A stretch of 64,000 nt of DNA from Alphaproteobacteria bacterium (GCA_965205265.1 CBDBGH010000003.1:4448001-4512000); one strand, 5' to 3'; shown: positions 31,375 to 42,756, counted from the first letter of the stretch. Notes: a model not told the origin generated them from the letters alone. Numbers and translations: made by a program.

Positions 31375-32441
31375 GGCTCTTCCTCCCTCAAGCGCGGATA
31401 GGTGCTGAGCGGGTTGTCAACTGCGATACGCCGAACCAGGGCCGCTGGCAAGCCTTCGGGCAGCGCGGCCATGCCGTCGAACTGCCAGTGCGGGTAGTCG
31501 GTGGCGAAGAGCAGCATGTCGTCGGAGCCGAGATGGTCGAGCAGGCGGGCGACCGCGTCCGGCTCCTCGGGCGCATCGAAAGGCTGGATCGTGAAGCGGA
31601 CGCGCTCGCGCACGATCTCCTCCGGGCTCCGGTCCACCCAGGGGATTTCCATGCGCAGCCCCCGCCAGTATTTGGCGAGCCGCCAGAGATGCGCGGGCAG
31701 CCATGCGACGCCCGATTCCGCAAAGACGACTGTCAGGTCCGGGAACTTCTGGAATACGCCCTCGGCGATCAGGCTGGTGAGCGCGGCCTGGAAGGCGGTT
31801 GCCTGCGCGGCGTAGTCCTCGGCGAGATATGAAGGCCAGCCGACCGGCGTCGGCGGGTGCCGGTAGGCGGAGCCCGCATGGAAGGCGACCGGCAGGCCCG
31901 CGCGCTCGGCGGCGGCGTAGATCGGCCAGTTGACCCGCCGGCCGGGCGGCGTCTCGCCCATGACCGGCAGCAGCACCTGCACGAAGCGCCGGTCCTCCGC
32001 CGCGCGCCCGACCTCCTCGGCCGCAAGCTCCGGGGCATGGGGCGGCACGGTTATCGAGGCGCGCAGGCGCGAATCGCGGTCGAGCCATTCGGCCCGGAGC
32101 CAGTCGTTCAGCGCGCGGGCGAAGCCGGCCGCCATGTCCTCGGAATAGAGCATCGGCGCGCCGTAAAGGCAGTTGAGGATGGCGTAGCGCGTGCCGAAGC
32201 CGTCCACCGCGTCGCTGATGAGGCGTTCGGGGTCGCTGCCGGGCCGGGCGCCGCCGTCGCGCCAGTCGGGCCGGCAGGAGAGCGGCGCATTCGGCGGCCA
32301 GGCGATGATCTCCAGCTCATGCAGCCCGCGATGCGCCGCCGCATCGGCCCAGTGCGGCTCCAGATAGGGCATCAGCGCCGAGACTGACGGCGGCGCCGGG
32401 TGCAGGTCGCAGTCGATCGCGCCGGAGGGCAGGACGGTCAT
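31371..32441 (-). CDS. amidohydrolase family 2 protein (paralogue)
   Basis: C-terminal part of ORF 31371..33806 from [15 protein letters not shown]; [13 protein letters not shown]; ATGA overlap with the upstream gene. Confidence 0.88.
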   Translation of the reverse strand: MTVLPSGAIDCDLHPAPPSVSALMPYLEPHWADAAAHRGLHELEIIAWPPNAPLSCRPDWRDGGARPGSDPERLISDAVDGFGTRYAILNCLYGAPMLYSEDMAAGFARALNDWLRAEWLDRDSRLRASITVPPHAPELAAEEVGRAAEDRRFVQVLLPVMGETPPGRRVNWPIYAAAERAGLPVAFHAGSAYRHPPTPVGWPSYLAEDYAAQATAFQAALTSLIAEGVFQKFPDLTVVFAESGVAWLPAHLWRLAKYWRGLRMEIPWVDRSPEEIVRERVRFTIQPFDAPEEPDAVARLLDHLGSDDMLLFATDYPHWQFDGMAALPEGLPAALVRRIAVDNPLSTYPRLREEEP

Positions 32442-33748
32442 TCCGCGGCCGCCCCGTACGGGATGTTGCGGCCGCCGAGGCGGCGGACGCGGATATTGGC
32501 CTGCTCGGCATGGCCGACGAAGCCCTCCAGCATGCAGAGCCGCGAGCAGACCTCGCCGAGCGCCGCCGAGGCCTCGTCGGTCAGGATGCGCTGGTAGGTG
32601 TGCGTCTTGATGAACTTGCCGACCCAGAGGCCGCCCGTATAGCGTGCCGCGCGGCGGGTCGGCAGGGTGTGGTTGGTGCCGATCACCTTGTCGCCGTAGG
32701 AGACATTGGTGCGGGGCCCGAGGAACAGCGCGCCGTAGCAGGTCATGTTCTCCAGATACCACTCGTCCCGGTCGGTCATCACCTGGACGTGCTCCGACGC
32801 GAGGCGCTCGGCCTCCGCCAGCATTTCGTCGTGGCCGGCGCAGAGAATTACTTCTCCGTAGTCCCGCCACGCCGCTCCCGCATTGGCGGCGGTCGGCAGG
32901 ATGGCCAGCAGCCGCTCCACCTCGGCCATGGTGGCCTCGGCGAGCGCGCGCGAGTTGGTGACCAGAATGGCCGGGCTGTCGGGCCCGTGCTCGGCCTGGC
33001 CCAGCAGGTCGGTCGCACAGAGCTCGGCGTCCACCGTCTCGTCCGCGATCAGCAGGGTCTCGGTCGGCCCCGCCAGGAGGTCGATGCCGACCCGCCCGAA
33101 GAGCTGGCGCTTGGCCTCCGCGACGAAGGCATTGCCGGGGCCGACCAGCATGTCCACCGGCGCCACCGACTCCGTGCCAAGCGCCATCGCGCCCACCGCC
33201 TGCACGCCGCCCAGCACCAGGATTTCGTCGGCTCCGCCCATATGCATGGCGGCGACCATGGCCGGGTGCGGGCCGCCGCCCTGCGCAGGCGGGGCCGCGG
33301 CGACGATGCGCGGCACGCCGGCGGCCTTGGCGGTGACGACGCTCATATGCACCGACGCCACGATGGGATACTTGCCGCCGGGCGCATAGCAGCCGACCGA
33401 GTTCACCGGGATGTTGCGGTGCCCGAGCACGACGCCCGGCAGGGTCTCCACCTCGATGTCCCTGAGCGCGGCGCGCTGGTGCTCGGCGAAGCCGCGAACC
33501 TGGGCCTGCGCGAAGCGGATGTCGTCGAGGTCGCGCTTCGCCACCTGCGAAAGCGCCCGCTCGATCTCCCGATCCGACAGCCTGAAGCTCTCCGGCGACC
33601 AGTTGTCGAACTTCTCGGAAAGCCCCCGGACCGCCTCGTCGCCGCGCGCGCCGATGTCGTCCAGGATCGCCTCGACGGCGGCGCGCACCTTGGCATCCGC
33701 CTCCGCGCGCTCGGCCGCCGTCCGGCCCCGCTTCAGATATTCCGCCAT
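32438..33748 (-). CDS. histidinol dehydrogenase-like (HisD paralogue, HpsN-related) NAD-dependent dehydrogenase
   Basis: [56 protein letters not shown]; start at MAEYLKRG. Confidence 0.85.
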   Translation of the reverse strand: MAEYLKRGRTAAERAEADAKVRAAVEAILDDIGARGDEAVRGLSEKFDNWSPESFRLSDREIERALSQVAKRDLDDIRFAQAQVRGFAEHQRAALRDIEVETLPGVVLGHRNIPVNSVGCYAPGGKYPIVASVHMSVVTAKAAGVPRIVAAAPPAQGGGPHPAMVAAMHMGGADEILVLGGVQAVGAMALGTESVAPVDMLVGPGNAFVAEAKRQLFGRVGIDLLAGPTETLLIADETVDAELCATDLLGQAEHGPDSPAILVTNSRALAEATMAEVERLLAILPTAANAGAAWRDYGEVILCAGHDEMLAEAERLASEHVQVMTDRDEWYLENMTCYGALFLGPRTNVSYGDKVIGTNHTLPTRRAARYTGGLWVGKFIKTHTYQRILTDEASAALGEVCSRLCMLEGFVGHAEQANIRVRRLGGRNIPYGAAAE

Positions 33749-33860
33749 CCCGCTTCCCCCGCGTTCCGCCGCCGAAAGGCATGGCACTTCCATAGCGGGC
33801 AATCAAGGCGGGGCGCTGTAGGCCGGCTTGCGCTTCGATACGAACACATCAGGGAGAGGC

Positions 33861-34001
33861 ATGAAGACGATAGGCGTGCCGAAGTTCAGGGAGCAATGCC
33901 TGGCCCTGCTGGACGACCTCGGCGACGATGGCCCGGTCATCACCAAGCGCGGAAAGCCGGGATCAGGCGCTGATTCGACCGCCACAGCCGCACGGCGCTG
34001 A
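33861..34001 (+). pseudogene. truncated Phd/YefM-type antitoxin
   Basis: MKTIGVPKFREQCLALLDDL....VITKRGKP with GGGAGAGG RBS; family similarity stops abruptly after GKP. Confidence 0.65.
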
Positions 34002-34170
34002 GCAACGCCAATCGGTGCCTTGCCTGCCTCCGACAGATCCTCAACTTCACCATCGCCCGCGGTCATATCGAAAGCAACCCCGCCAATGGCATTGAGTTCA
34101 ACCGGCGGTCAAAGCTCACCCGGTTCCTGTCCCGGCAGAAACTCAGACGCCTTCACGCCGCCCTCGGCCC
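33962..34170 (+). pseudogene. internal fragment of a tyrosine recombinase/integrase
   Basis: Hand translation IRR*FDRHSRTALSNANRCLACLRQILNFTIARGHIESNPANGIEFNRRSKLTRFLSRQKLRRLHAAL (core-binding domain end and linker); in-frame TGA at 33971. Confidence 0.65.
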
Positions 34171-34417
34171 GGTCGCGGGGGCGGCGAAAGCCTCAGCGAG
34201 GCGCGCCACCTCGCGCCGGTGGATGCCGGCAATATTCGGGTGGATGTCCGGCAGCCTAGCCGGGATGGCAGCAAGCCGGGCGATGATGGCTGGGCAGGGA
34301 TTCGCCGACGCTACCTCGAGCGAAGACAATCCCTACCGCTGGAAACTCGGCTCCGATAGACTGCCGGGTCCGCAGCCCCGGCACTGCCGCGGCGAACGAT
34401 TTCTTTGGAGGTCCCCG

Positions 34418-35734
34418 ATGAAGCACAAGTTCCTGCTGATCGCGATCGGCGCGACGATGGCCGTCGCCCATGCCGGCTCGGCTCTGGCCGCGACCGAAAT
34501 TCAATGGTGGCACGCCATGGGCGGCAAGCTCGGCGAGAAGGTCGTCGAAATCGCCGAAGGCTTCAACGCATCCCAGTCCGACTACAAGGTGACGCCCGTT
34601 TACAAGGGCAATTACACCGAGACCATGACAGCCGCCATCGCCGCGTTCCGCGCGAAGCAGCAGCCGCATATCGTGCAGGTGTTCGAAGTCGGCACGGCCA
34701 GCATGATGGCGGCGAAAGGGGCGATCTACCCCGTTTACCGGATGATGGCTGATGCCGGCGAGGCATTCGACCCGAACGACTATCTGGCCTCGGTCACCGG
34801 CTACTACACCGATACCGACGGCAACATGCTTTCCATGCCGTTCAACAGCTCGACGCCGGTGCTCTACTACAACAAGACCGCATTCGAGAAAGCCGGGGTC
34901 TCCGAAGCCCCGAAGACCTGGCCGGAAGTCGAGGCAGCCGCCAAGAAGGCGCAGGCGGCCGGTTATCCCTGCGGCTTCACGACGGGCTGGCAGTCGTGGG
35001 TGCAGATCGAGAATTTCTCGGCCTGGCACAACCTGGCGATCGGCACGAAGGCCAACGGCTTCGCGGGCACCGACACCGAGTTCACCTTCAACAGCCCGGC
35101 GCATGCCAAGCATATCGGCCAGCTCGCCGAGTGGCAGAAGTCGAAGGTCTTCGACTATGGCGGCCGGCGTTCGGAGAGCGCGCCCAAGTTCTACGGCCAG
35201 GAATGCGTGATGTACATGAACTCCTCCGCGGCCCATGCCGGGGTGAAGGCCAACGCCAAGGACTTCGAGTTCGGCGTCTCCTCGCTGCCCTACTGGCCGG
35301 ATATCGAAGGCGCCCCGCAAAACACCATTATCGGCGGCGCGACCCTGTGGGTGCTGCAGGGCCACGACGCGGGCGACTACAAGGCCGCGGCGAAGTTCTT
35401 TAGCTATCTGTCCTCGGCGGAGGTACAGGCCGACTGGCATCAGTTCACAGGCTACCTGCCGATCACCACGGCCGCCTACGAGCTGAGCGCGTCGCAGGGC
35501 TTCTACGAGAAGAACCCGGGCACCGACGTTGCGATCAAGCAGATGACGGACAAAGCCCCGACCGAGAATTCCAAGGGCCTCAGGTTCGGCAATTTCGTCC
35601 AGATCCGCGACATCATCAACGAGGAGATGGAGTCGATCTGGGGCGGCACGAAGTCTGCGCAGGAAGGGCTTGACGACGCCGTTTCGCGGGGCAATGCGCT
35701 GCTGCGCAAGTTCGAGGCGGCGACCGGAGGGTAG
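34418..35734 (+). CDS. ugpB: sn-glycerol-3-phosphate ABC transporter substrate-binding protein
   Basis: TEIQWWHAM, YKGNY.ETM, QVFEVGTA, SMPFNSSTP, PQNTIIGGA.LWV, KGLRFGNF.QIR. Confidence 0.92.
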   Translation: MKHKFLLIAIGATMAVAHAGSALAATEIQWWHAMGGKLGEKVVEIAEGFNASQSDYKVTPVYKGNYTETMTAAIAAFRAKQQPHIVQVFEVGTASMMAAKGAIYPVYRMMADAGEAFDPNDYLASVTGYYTDTDGNMLSMPFNSSTPVLYYNKTAFEKAGVSEAPKTWPEVEAAAKKAQAAGYPCGFTTGWQSWVQIENFSAWHNLAIGTKANGFAGTDTEFTFNSPAHAKHIGQLAEWQKSKVFDYGGRRSESAPKFYGQECVMYMNSSAAHAGVKANAKDFEFGVSSLPYWPDIEGAPQNTIIGGATLWVLQGHDAGDYKAAAKFFSYLSSAEVQADWHQFTGYLPITTAAYELSASQGFYEKNPGTDVAIKQMTDKAPTENSKGLRFGNFVQIRDIINEEMESIWGGTKSAQEGLDDAVSRGNALLRKFEAATGG

Positions 35735-35813
35735 CCGGCTCCAGGCACTTGTCCGGCGGCTTCACGGATAGGGCCGCGAAGCCGCCGGACGCTCTGCCCT
35801 GCAAGGCCGAACC

Positions 35814-36695
35814 ATGGAAAAACGGGTCGTATTCACCAAGCTGGGCCTGCCGATCCTCCTGGTGGCCCCTCAGATCGTTGTCACGCTGGTCTTCTTCATC
35901 TGGCCGGCGAGCCAGGCGCTTTACCAGTCGGTCCTGCTCGAAGACGCCTTCGGCCTCAGGAGCGAATTCGTCTGGCTCGACAACTTCACCGCCCTTTTCT
36001 CCGACCCCCACTATCTGGACAGCTTCGCCCGCACGGTCGTCTTCTCGGCGGCGACGGCAGGGCTGTCGCTCGGCGTCGCGCTCTTTCTTGCGGTCATGGC
36101 GGACCGGGTCCTGAAGGGTGCCACGGCTTATCGAACGCTGATCGTCTGGCCCTACGCCGTCGCGCCCGCGGTGGCGGGTGTGCTCTGGTTCTTCATGTTC
36201 AATCCGTCCATCGGGGTTCTCGCCTATCTGCTCAAATCCATCGGTTACGACTGGAACCACTATCTGGACGGCACCGACGCCATGATGCTCGTCATCCTGG
36301 CGGCCTCGTGGAAACAGGTCAGCTACAATTTCCTCTTCTTCCTGGCAGGGCTGCAGGCCATTCCGCGCTCGCTCGTAGAGGCGGCGGCGATCGATGGCGC
36401 CCGCCCCTTCAAGCGCTTTTGGACGATTGTGTTCCCCCTGCTCTCGCCGACCGCTTTCTTCCTGCTGGTGGTCAATACCGTCTATGCGTTCTTCGACACG
36501 TTCGGGATCGTGCATGCGACCACGAGCGGCGGCCCGGCGCAGTCCACCACGATCCTCGTTTACAAGGTGTTCAACGACGGCTTCATCGGGCTCGACCTCG
36601 GCGGTTCGGCTGCGCAGTCGGTCGTGCTCATGGCCGTCGTCATCACGCTTACCGTGTTCCAGTTCCGCTATATCGAGCGGAAAGTGGCCTACTGA
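35814..36695 (+). CDS. ugpA: sn-glycerol-3-phosphate ABC transporter permease
   Basis: [39 protein letters not shown]. Confidence 0.92.
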   Translation: MEKRVVFTKLGLPILLVAPQIVVTLVFFIWPASQALYQSVLLEDAFGLRSEFVWLDNFTALFSDPHYLDSFARTVVFSAATAGLSLGVALFLAVMADRVLKGATAYRTLIVWPYAVAPAVAGVLWFFMFNPSIGVLAYLLKSIGYDWNHYLDGTDAMMLVILAASWKQVSYNFLFFLAGLQAIPRSLVEAAAIDGARPFKRFWTIVFPLLSPTAFFLLVVNTVYAFFDTFGIVHATTSGGPAQSTTILVYKVFNDGFIGLDLGGSAAQSVVLMAVVITLTVFQFRYIERKVAY

Positions 36696-36710
36696 GGGGG
36701 CGGACGGTCC

Positions 36711-37559
36711 ATGGTCGAAAACCGCCCCTGGCTCACGGTCCTGTCGCATGTCGTGCTGTGTCTTGGCGTGCTGGTCACCGCGCTCCCGATCTGGATCGCC
36801 TTCGTCGCCTCGACGCATCCGGCGGATTCCATGCTGTCGGGGCGGACGCCGCTCCTGCCGGGCGGCTATCTGCTCGAAAACTACGCGACCGTGCTCGGCT
36901 CCGGCGTGCAGGCCGCGGGCACCGCCCCTGTCGGCATGATGCTCTGGAACTCGCTTGTCATGGCGCTGATGATCGCGGTCGGCAAGATCGCGATCTCGAT
37001 CATTGCTGCCTACGCCATCGTCTATTTCCGCTTTCCGCTGCGCAAGACGTGCTTCTGGCTCATCTTCATCACCCTCATGCTGCCGGTCGAGGTGCGCATC
37101 CTGCCGACCTTCGGCGTGGTGGCCAGCCTCGACATGCTGAACAGCTACTGGGGCCTGTCCGTGCCGCTGATCGCGAGTGCGACGGCGACGTTCCTGTTCC
37201 GGCAGTTCTTCCTGACCGTGCCCGAGGAGCTCGCCGAGGCGGCGCGTATCGACGGGGCGGGGCCGCTTAAATTCTTCCGCGACATCTTGCTGCCCCTCTC
37301 CCGGACCAATATCGCGGCGCTCTTCGTGATTCTCTTCATCTTCGGCTGGAACCAGTATCTGTGGCCGCTCCTGGTCACCACCGACGAGGGCTTCTACACC
37401 ATTGTCATGGGCATCCAGCGCATGCTGCAGGCCGAGGACGCCGAGCCCGCATGGCACCAGATCATGGCGACCGCGATGCTCGCAATGCTGCCGCCCGTGC
37501 TGGTCGTGGTCTTCATGCAGCGCCTGTTCGTGAAGGGGCTGATCGAGCAGGAGAAATGA
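36711..37559 (+). CDS. ugpE: sn-glycerol-3-phosphate ABC transporter permease
   Basis: MVENRP, FITLMLPVEVRI.PT, ASATATFLFRQFF, GWNQYLWP. Confidence 0.92.
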   Translation: MVENRPWLTVLSHVVLCLGVLVTALPIWIAFVASTHPADSMLSGRTPLLPGGYLLENYATVLGSGVQAAGTAPVGMMLWNSLVMALMIAVGKIAISIIAAYAIVYFRFPLRKTCFWLIFITLMLPVEVRILPTFGVVASLDMLNSYWGLSVPLIASATATFLFRQFFLTVPEELAEAARIDGAGPLKFFRDILLPLSRTNIAALFVILFIFGWNQYLWPLLVTTDEGFYTIVMGIQRMLQAEDAEPAWHQIMATAMLAMLPPVLVVVFMQRLFVKGLIEQEK

Positions 37560-37598
37560 CGGCCCGCACTCGTCGGGCGGTTGGAGGGAGTTGACGGC

Positions 37599-38684
37599 AT
37601 GGCCGGGCTGGAATTCGTCGGGGTGCGAAAGACCTATCCCAACGGCGTTCGCGCGATCCACGGGATAGACACGACCGTCTCCGATGGCGAGTTCGTCGTT
37701 ATCGTCGGCCCGTCCGGCTGCGGCAAGTCCACCCTGCTGCGCATGGTCGCCGGGCTCGAAACGGTGACGGAAGGAGAGATCCGGATCGGCGCAAGGCGGG
37801 TCAACGAACTGGAACCCGCGGACCGGAACATCGCGATGGTGTTCCAGAACTATGCGCTCTATCCCCATATGAGCGTGTTCGACAACATGGCCTACGGCCT
37901 GCGCAACCGGCGCACGCCCAGGGACGAGATCGCGCGCCGGGTTGCCGAGGCTGCCGGAACCCTCCAGCTGGAAGGCCTGCTCGACCGCCGTCCCGCACAG
38001 CTTTCCGGCGGGCAACGCCAGCGGGTAGCGATGGGCCGCGCCATCGTGCGCGAGCCCGAGGCCTTTCTCTTCGACGAACCGCTCTCGAACCTCGACGCCA
38101 AGCTGCGCGTGCAGATGCGCCTGGAAATCAAGCGGCTGCAGCGCGCTCTCGGAACCACCAGCCTCTATGTGACCCACGACCAGGTGGAGGCGATGACGCT
38201 CGCCGACCGGCTGATCGTGATGAATGCCGGAGTGGCGGAACAGATCGGCACGCCGCTGGAAATATACGATGCGCCCGCCAGCCTATTCGTGGCGGGCTTC
38301 ATCGGGTCCCCCGCCATGAACTTCCTGCCGGGGACCGTGGCCGGAGACGGGCGCGGCGTGGACCTCGACGGGGCGGGCCGGACGCTGTCCGTTGCGCCGC
38401 CGGCCTCCGCCGCCCGGGGCGGGGTCACCGTCGGCGTCCGGCCGGAGCATCTGGAGCCCGTTTCCCGCGAGGAAGCGGTGTTGGAAATCGCTGTCGAACT
38501 CGTCGAGGCGCTTGGCGCGGACAGCCTGGTCCACGGACAGCTGGCCGGCGGCGGCTCCGGCGCGCCCGTTACGGTGCGTGTGGACGGCGCCCGACAAGTC
38601 GCGATCGGCGAAGCGCTTTCCCTGACCGTCGCGGCGAAGCATGTCCACTTCTTCGATCCCGGCGATGGCAAGCGCCTCGGCTGA
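37599..38684 (+). CDS. ugpC: sn-glycerol-3-phosphate ABC transporter ATP-binding protein
   Basis: [43 protein letters not shown]. Confidence 0.92.
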   Translation: MAGLEFVGVRKTYPNGVRAIHGIDTTVSDGEFVVIVGPSGCGKSTLLRMVAGLETVTEGEIRIGARRVNELEPADRNIAMVFQNYALYPHMSVFDNMAYGLRNRRTPRDEIARRVAEAAGTLQLEGLLDRRPAQLSGGQRQRVAMGRAIVREPEAFLFDEPLSNLDAKLRVQMRLEIKRLQRALGTTSLYVTHDQVEAMTLADRLIVMNAGVAEQIGTPLEIYDAPASLFVAGFIGSPAMNFLPGTVAGDGRGVDLDGAGRTLSVAPPASAARGGVTVGVRPEHLEPVSREEAVLEIAVELVEALGADSLVHGQLAGGGSGAPVTVRVDGARQVAIGEALSLTVAAKHVHFFDPGDGKRLG

Positions 38685-38692
38685 GCGCGCGG

Positions 38693-39607
38693 ATGCTGGA
38701 AATAGAAGGGCATCGCGGCGCGCGCGGATTGCTGCCGGAAAACACGCTCCCGGCCTTCGAACGCGCCATCGCGCTCGGCGTCGATGCGCTGGAGTTCGAT
38801 GTCGGCATGTCCCGGGACGGCATCCTCGTCGTCCATCACGATCCGGCGCTCGACCCGGACCACACGCGTGACGCCGCGGGAGCATGGCTGGCGCCGCCGG
38901 GGCCCCGGCTCCGGGACCTGGACATGGCGGCGTTGTCGGGCTTCGATGTCGGCAGGGCCAGGCCCGGCGGCTCGACAACCGCGAAATTTCCCGAGCAGGA
39001 GCCGCGCGACGGGGCGCGCATCCCCACGCTGGCGGAGGTCTTGGCGCTCGGCCGGCAGCCGGGGGCCGGCGCTATGCGTTTCGGCATCGAAATCAAGCTC
39101 ACGCCGCTGGAGCCGGACAAAACGGCCGGGCCGGAAGTGTTCGCCGGAGCGGTGGCATCGGCGCTGCGGGCTGAGGGGATGGTTTCCCGCGCGAGCGTCC
39201 GGGCCTTCGACTGGCGCGTGCTTCGCGAGATTCGCAGGCTCGCGCCGGAAATCGCCGTGGGCTGCCTTACGGCCGAACAAAGCTGGCGCGACAACATTCT
39301 GCGCGACCGGCCCGAAGCTTCTCCCTGGACTGCCGGCCTGAATATCCACGAGCATGGCGGCTCGGTGCCGAGGATGGTGCACCGTTTCGGCGCCCCGGTG
39401 TGGTCGCCCTACTATTCCGAACTCACCGCCGAGGCGTTTGCCGAGGCCCGGAGCCTGGGCCTCAAGGTTGTCGTCTGGACGGTGAACGAGGTTCGCGACA
39501 TGCGGGCGATGGCCCGGCTCGGCGTGGACGGCATCGTCACCGACTATCCGGACCGCGCCGTGGAGGCGCTGGCGCCCTGGCGTCAGGAGGCGCCGCCGCC
39601 TGCCTGA
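38693..39607 (+). CDS. ugpQ: glycerophosphodiester phosphodiesterase
   Basis: GHRGARG..PENTL.AF, E.DV, VV.HD, IEIK, WTVN, GVDGIVTDYP. Confidence 0.88.
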   Translation: MLEIEGHRGARGLLPENTLPAFERAIALGVDALEFDVGMSRDGILVVHHDPALDPDHTRDAAGAWLAPPGPRLRDLDMAALSGFDVGRARPGGSTTAKFPEQEPRDGARIPTLAEVLALGRQPGAGAMRFGIEIKLTPLEPDKTAGPEVFAGAVASALRAEGMVSRASVRAFDWRVLREIRRLAPEIAVGCLTAEQSWRDNILRDRPEASPWTAGLNIHEHGGSVPRMVHRFGAPVWSPYYSELTAEAFAEARSLGLKVVVWTVNEVRDMRAMARLGVDGIVTDYPDRAVEALAPWRQEAPPPA

Positions 39608-41100
39608 AGATATGCCTCAAGGCGCCGCGCGCCGTCCGCCGGGACGCCGAGACCCTTGCGGGTGCGCCGCCACAATATGTCCTCGGCGGTCCGGGCCCAT
39701 TCGCAACGCACCAGATAATCGACCTCCGCCGCGTAGAGCCCGGCGCCGAAATGCTCGCCCAGGTCCCCGACGCTCCCGCAGCCGGCCAGCAGGGTATCCG
39801 TCTCGGAGCCGTAGTGGCGCATGAAATGCCGGAGAAGCCCAGCCGGAAGCCATGAATGGCGCGCTGCGCATTGCGCCGTGAACGCTGCGATGTCTGCGTC
39901 GGGAATGTCTCCGCCGGGGAGCGGCGCATCCCGGGTCCATCCCGGCCTGCCGATGTCGAGAGGCCGGGCCAGCATGTCCACCGCCTGCTCGGCAAGCCTG
40001 CGGTAAGTCGTGATCTTGCCGCCATATACGGAGAGCATCGGGGCCGGCTCGCGGTCCAGCGCCAGCACGTAGTCGCGGGTGACCCTGCTCGCCTTTTCCG
40101 TCCGGTCGTCGAACAGTGGCCGGATGCCGGAATAGCTCCACACCACGTCGTCTGGCGTGACGGGAGTCGCGAAATAGCGGTTGGCCGCCGCGCAGATATA
40201 GTCGATTTCACCGGGCGCAATCCCGACCCGAGCCGGTTCGCCCTCGAACTCCACATCCGTCGTCCCTAGCAGCGTGTAGTTCTCCTCGAAGGGGATCGCG
40301 AACAGCACGCGCCCGTCTCCACCCTGGAAGATGTAGGGATAGGCATGATCGAACAGTTTGCGCACCACGATATGGCTGCCCTTGACGAGCCTGACCCGCT
40401 GCTCCGCTCCCGCGCCGCCGGCGAGCGACCGGGTGCGGCCGACCCAGGGGCCGGTTGCATTGGCGACGCTTCGCGCCCCGACCACAAACCGTTCGCCGGA
40501 CAGCCGGTCGACCAGCAGGGCCTCCCAGCCGGCATCGCCGGGAGACAGCGACACGCATTCCGTGCGCGTGCGGATTTCCGCGCCCCGGGCCTCTGCGTCG
40601 CGGGCATTGAGCACGACAAGGCGCGAGTCCTGCACCCAGCAGTCGGAGTATTCGAAGGCCCGGCCGTAGCGGCTCTGCAGGACCCGCCCGCTCTCGTGCC
40701 GGCGGAGGTCGATAGCCGCGCAGGGCGGCAGCAGGACGCGCCCGCCGAGATGGTCGTAGAGGAAAAGGCCCATCCGGATCATCCACCAGGGGCGCAGTCC
40801 CTTATGGTGCGGAAGCACGAAACGCAGCGGCCAGACGATGTGCGGGGCGTTGCGCAACAGCACCTCGCGCTCGCGGAGCGAATGGCGCACGAGGCGGAAG
40901 TCGTACTGCTCCAGATAGCGCAGCCCCCCGTGTATCAGCTTGGTGCTGGCGGACGAGGTATGAGCCCCGAGGTCGTCCCGTTCGCACAGCAGGACATCGA
41001 GGCCGCGCCCCGCAGCATCCCGCGCGATACCGGCGCCGTTAATGCCGCCGCCGATGACGAGCAGGTCCGCACCGCGCCGCTGAAGGCCTTTGGAAGCCAT
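39583..41100 (-). CDS. glpD: aerobic glycerol-3-phosphate dehydrogenase
   Basis: IGGGINGAGIARDAAGRGL, TSSASTKLIHGGLRYLE, LVKGSH, GGKITTYR, EDILWRRT. Confidence 0.93.
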   Translation of the reverse strand: MASKGLQRRGADLLVIGGGINGAGIARDAAGRGLDVLLCERDDLGAHTSSASTKLIHGGLRYLEQYDFRLVRHSLREREVLLRNAPHIVWPLRFVLPHHKGLRPWWMIRMGLFLYDHLGGRVLLPPCAAIDLRRHESGRVLQSRYGRAFEYSDCWVQDSRLVVLNARDAEARGAEIRTRTECVSLSPGDAGWEALLVDRLSGERFVVGARSVANATGPWVGRTRSLAGGAGAEQRVRLVKGSHIVVRKLFDHAYPYIFQGGDGRVLFAIPFEENYTLLGTTDVEFEGEPARVGIAPGEIDYICAAANRYFATPVTPDDVVWSYSGIRPLFDDRTEKASRVTRDYVLALDREPAPMLSVYGGKITTYRRLAEQAVDMLARPLDIGRPGWTRDAPLPGGDIPDADIAAFTAQCAARHSWLPAGLLRHFMRHYGSETDTLLAGCGSVGDLGEHFGAGLYAAEVDYLVRCEWARTAEDILWRRTRKGLGVPADGARRLEAYLQAGGGAS

Positions 41101-41328
41101 TCGAACGCCGCCCCCCGCATACCGCCGAAACCCGGGCCCGGCCAATCCGTTCCCGGCGAACCGGTGGATGAAGAGCCGGCACCCGCGCCCGGTGTCAAGC
41201 CTCGGGGATGACTCTGCAAAGAGCCGGGACGCTCCCGGCCCGTCCGTTTCGGGCCGCTGGACAGCCATGCAGCCTGGGAGGATAGTGGCTCATCCGGCCG
41301 ATCTGGCAGCCGGAGAAAGGACCCGAAA

Positions 41329-42660
41329 ATGGAGCGCAAGACACTCACTGCCGCCGCCGCAATTGGAATTCTGGCGGCGGGACTCGCCATGCCGGCCGAG
41401 GCCAAGACAAGAATCGACCTCTGGTACGGCCTCAAGGGCTATCTGGGCAAGCAGGTCATGAAGGTCTGCGAACGCTTCAACGCCGCGCAGGACGATTATG
41501 AGATCGTCTGCACGGGCAAGGGCAACTACGATCAGGCGCTCCAGGCGGGCATCGCCGCCTACCGCGCCAAGAAACATCCCCACATTCTGCAGGGCGTGGA
41601 GACCGCGACGGGGACGCTGATGCTGTCGGGCGCGATCTATCCTGCATACCAGCTGATGGCCGACGCCGGCTACGACGTGGACTGGAGTGACTATATCGGC
41701 TCGATCATGAGCTATTACGCCTCTTCCGACGGCAAGCTCTATTCCTTTCCCTTCAACTCGTCGACGCCGGTGATGTACTACAACATCGACATGTACGAGA
41801 AAGCCGGCATCGCGGGTCCGGCGAAAACCTGGGAACAGTTCGAGGCGGACCTGCGGACGCTGAAGGATTCGGGCGTCGCCTGCCCGATCGCCTTCTCGAC
41901 CTATCTCTGGGTTCATCTGGAGCAGTTCAGCTACATGCATGGCGAGCCGATCGCGACGCGCAACAACGGCTTCGACGGCCTCGACGCGGAGCTGGTCTTC
42001 AACAAGACCTCCTATGTAAAGCATGTCGAGCGGCTGAAACGCTGGTATGACGACAAACTCGGTAGCTACGCCAAGGAGCTGTTCGGGGTCGGCACGCGCG
42101 AGTCCTTCGCGACCGGCAAGTGCGGCCATTATTTCGGCTCCATCGCCTCGCACGGCACGGTGCTGAAGACCGCCAAGATGAACTGGGACGTCGCCCCGCT
42201 GCCGCACAATGAGGGCGTGACGCCCAACAACACCGTCGTCGGCGGCGCGAGCTTCTGGATCATGAAGGGCTTCGAGGAGGCCGAATACAAGGGCGTCGCC
42301 GCCTTCTTCGACTTCATCCGGTCGGTCGAGTCGCAGGAGTTCTGGAGCACCGTCACCGGTTATGTGCCGACAACCAGGAGCGGTTACGACGCGCTCGTCG
42401 CCAAGGGCTTCTACAAGCAGAAGGAATATGCCGGGCGCGAGGTCGCCATCGAAAGCCTGGCCCGCACGCCGCCCACGCCGCTCTCGCGGGGGCTGCGCCT
42501 CGGCTACTTCCGGCAGATCAAGAAGATCATCGGCGACGAGTTGGAGCAGATGCTGGCCGGCAAGAAGACCGCGCAGGCGGCGCTCGACAGCGCAGTGGCG
42601 CGGGGCAACGAGCAGTTGCGCCGCTTCGAGAAGCAGTACGAGGGCCAGTCCCTGCCCTGA
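41329..42660 (+). CDS. UgpB-like ABC substrate-binding protein (second, divergent copy)
   Basis: KGNY, SFPFNSSTP, NTVVGGASFW, GLRLGYF.QI; signal peptide. Confidence 0.85.
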   Translation: MERKTLTAAAAIGILAAGLAMPAEAKTRIDLWYGLKGYLGKQVMKVCERFNAAQDDYEIVCTGKGNYDQALQAGIAAYRAKKHPHILQGVETATGTLMLSGAIYPAYQLMADAGYDVDWSDYIGSIMSYYASSDGKLYSFPFNSSTPVMYYNIDMYEKAGIAGPAKTWEQFEADLRTLKDSGVACPIAFSTYLWVHLEQFSYMHGEPIATRNNGFDGLDAELVFNKTSYVKHVERLKRWYDDKLGSYAKELFGVGTRESFATGKCGHYFGSIASHGTVLKTAKMNWDVAPLPHNEGVTPNNTVVGGASFWIMKGFEEAEYKGVAAFFDFIRSVESQEFWSTVTGYVPTTRSGYDALVAKGFYKQKEYAGREVAIESLARTPPTPLSRGLRLGYFRQIKKIIGDELEQMLAGKKTAQAALDSAVARGNEQLRRFEKQYEGQSLP

Positions 42661-42756
42661 GCCCGCGATGGGCGAACGACAATGGGCGGCGCCCGGCCGG
42701 CCTCCCGCCGGACCGGGCCGCCGCGCCATCCTTGAACAGCGACGGCGCCTAGCCAG

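Noticed and set aside
32438-33748. Biosynthetic hisD
   Set aside because: Has GGKYP, AGPTE and SEH variants and a catabolic context typical of the paralogous clade; symbol withheld.
33971-33973. In-frame TGA as selenocysteine (given selD nearby)
   Set aside because: It lies in a start-less integrase fragment at a probable Trp position, with no evident SECIS.
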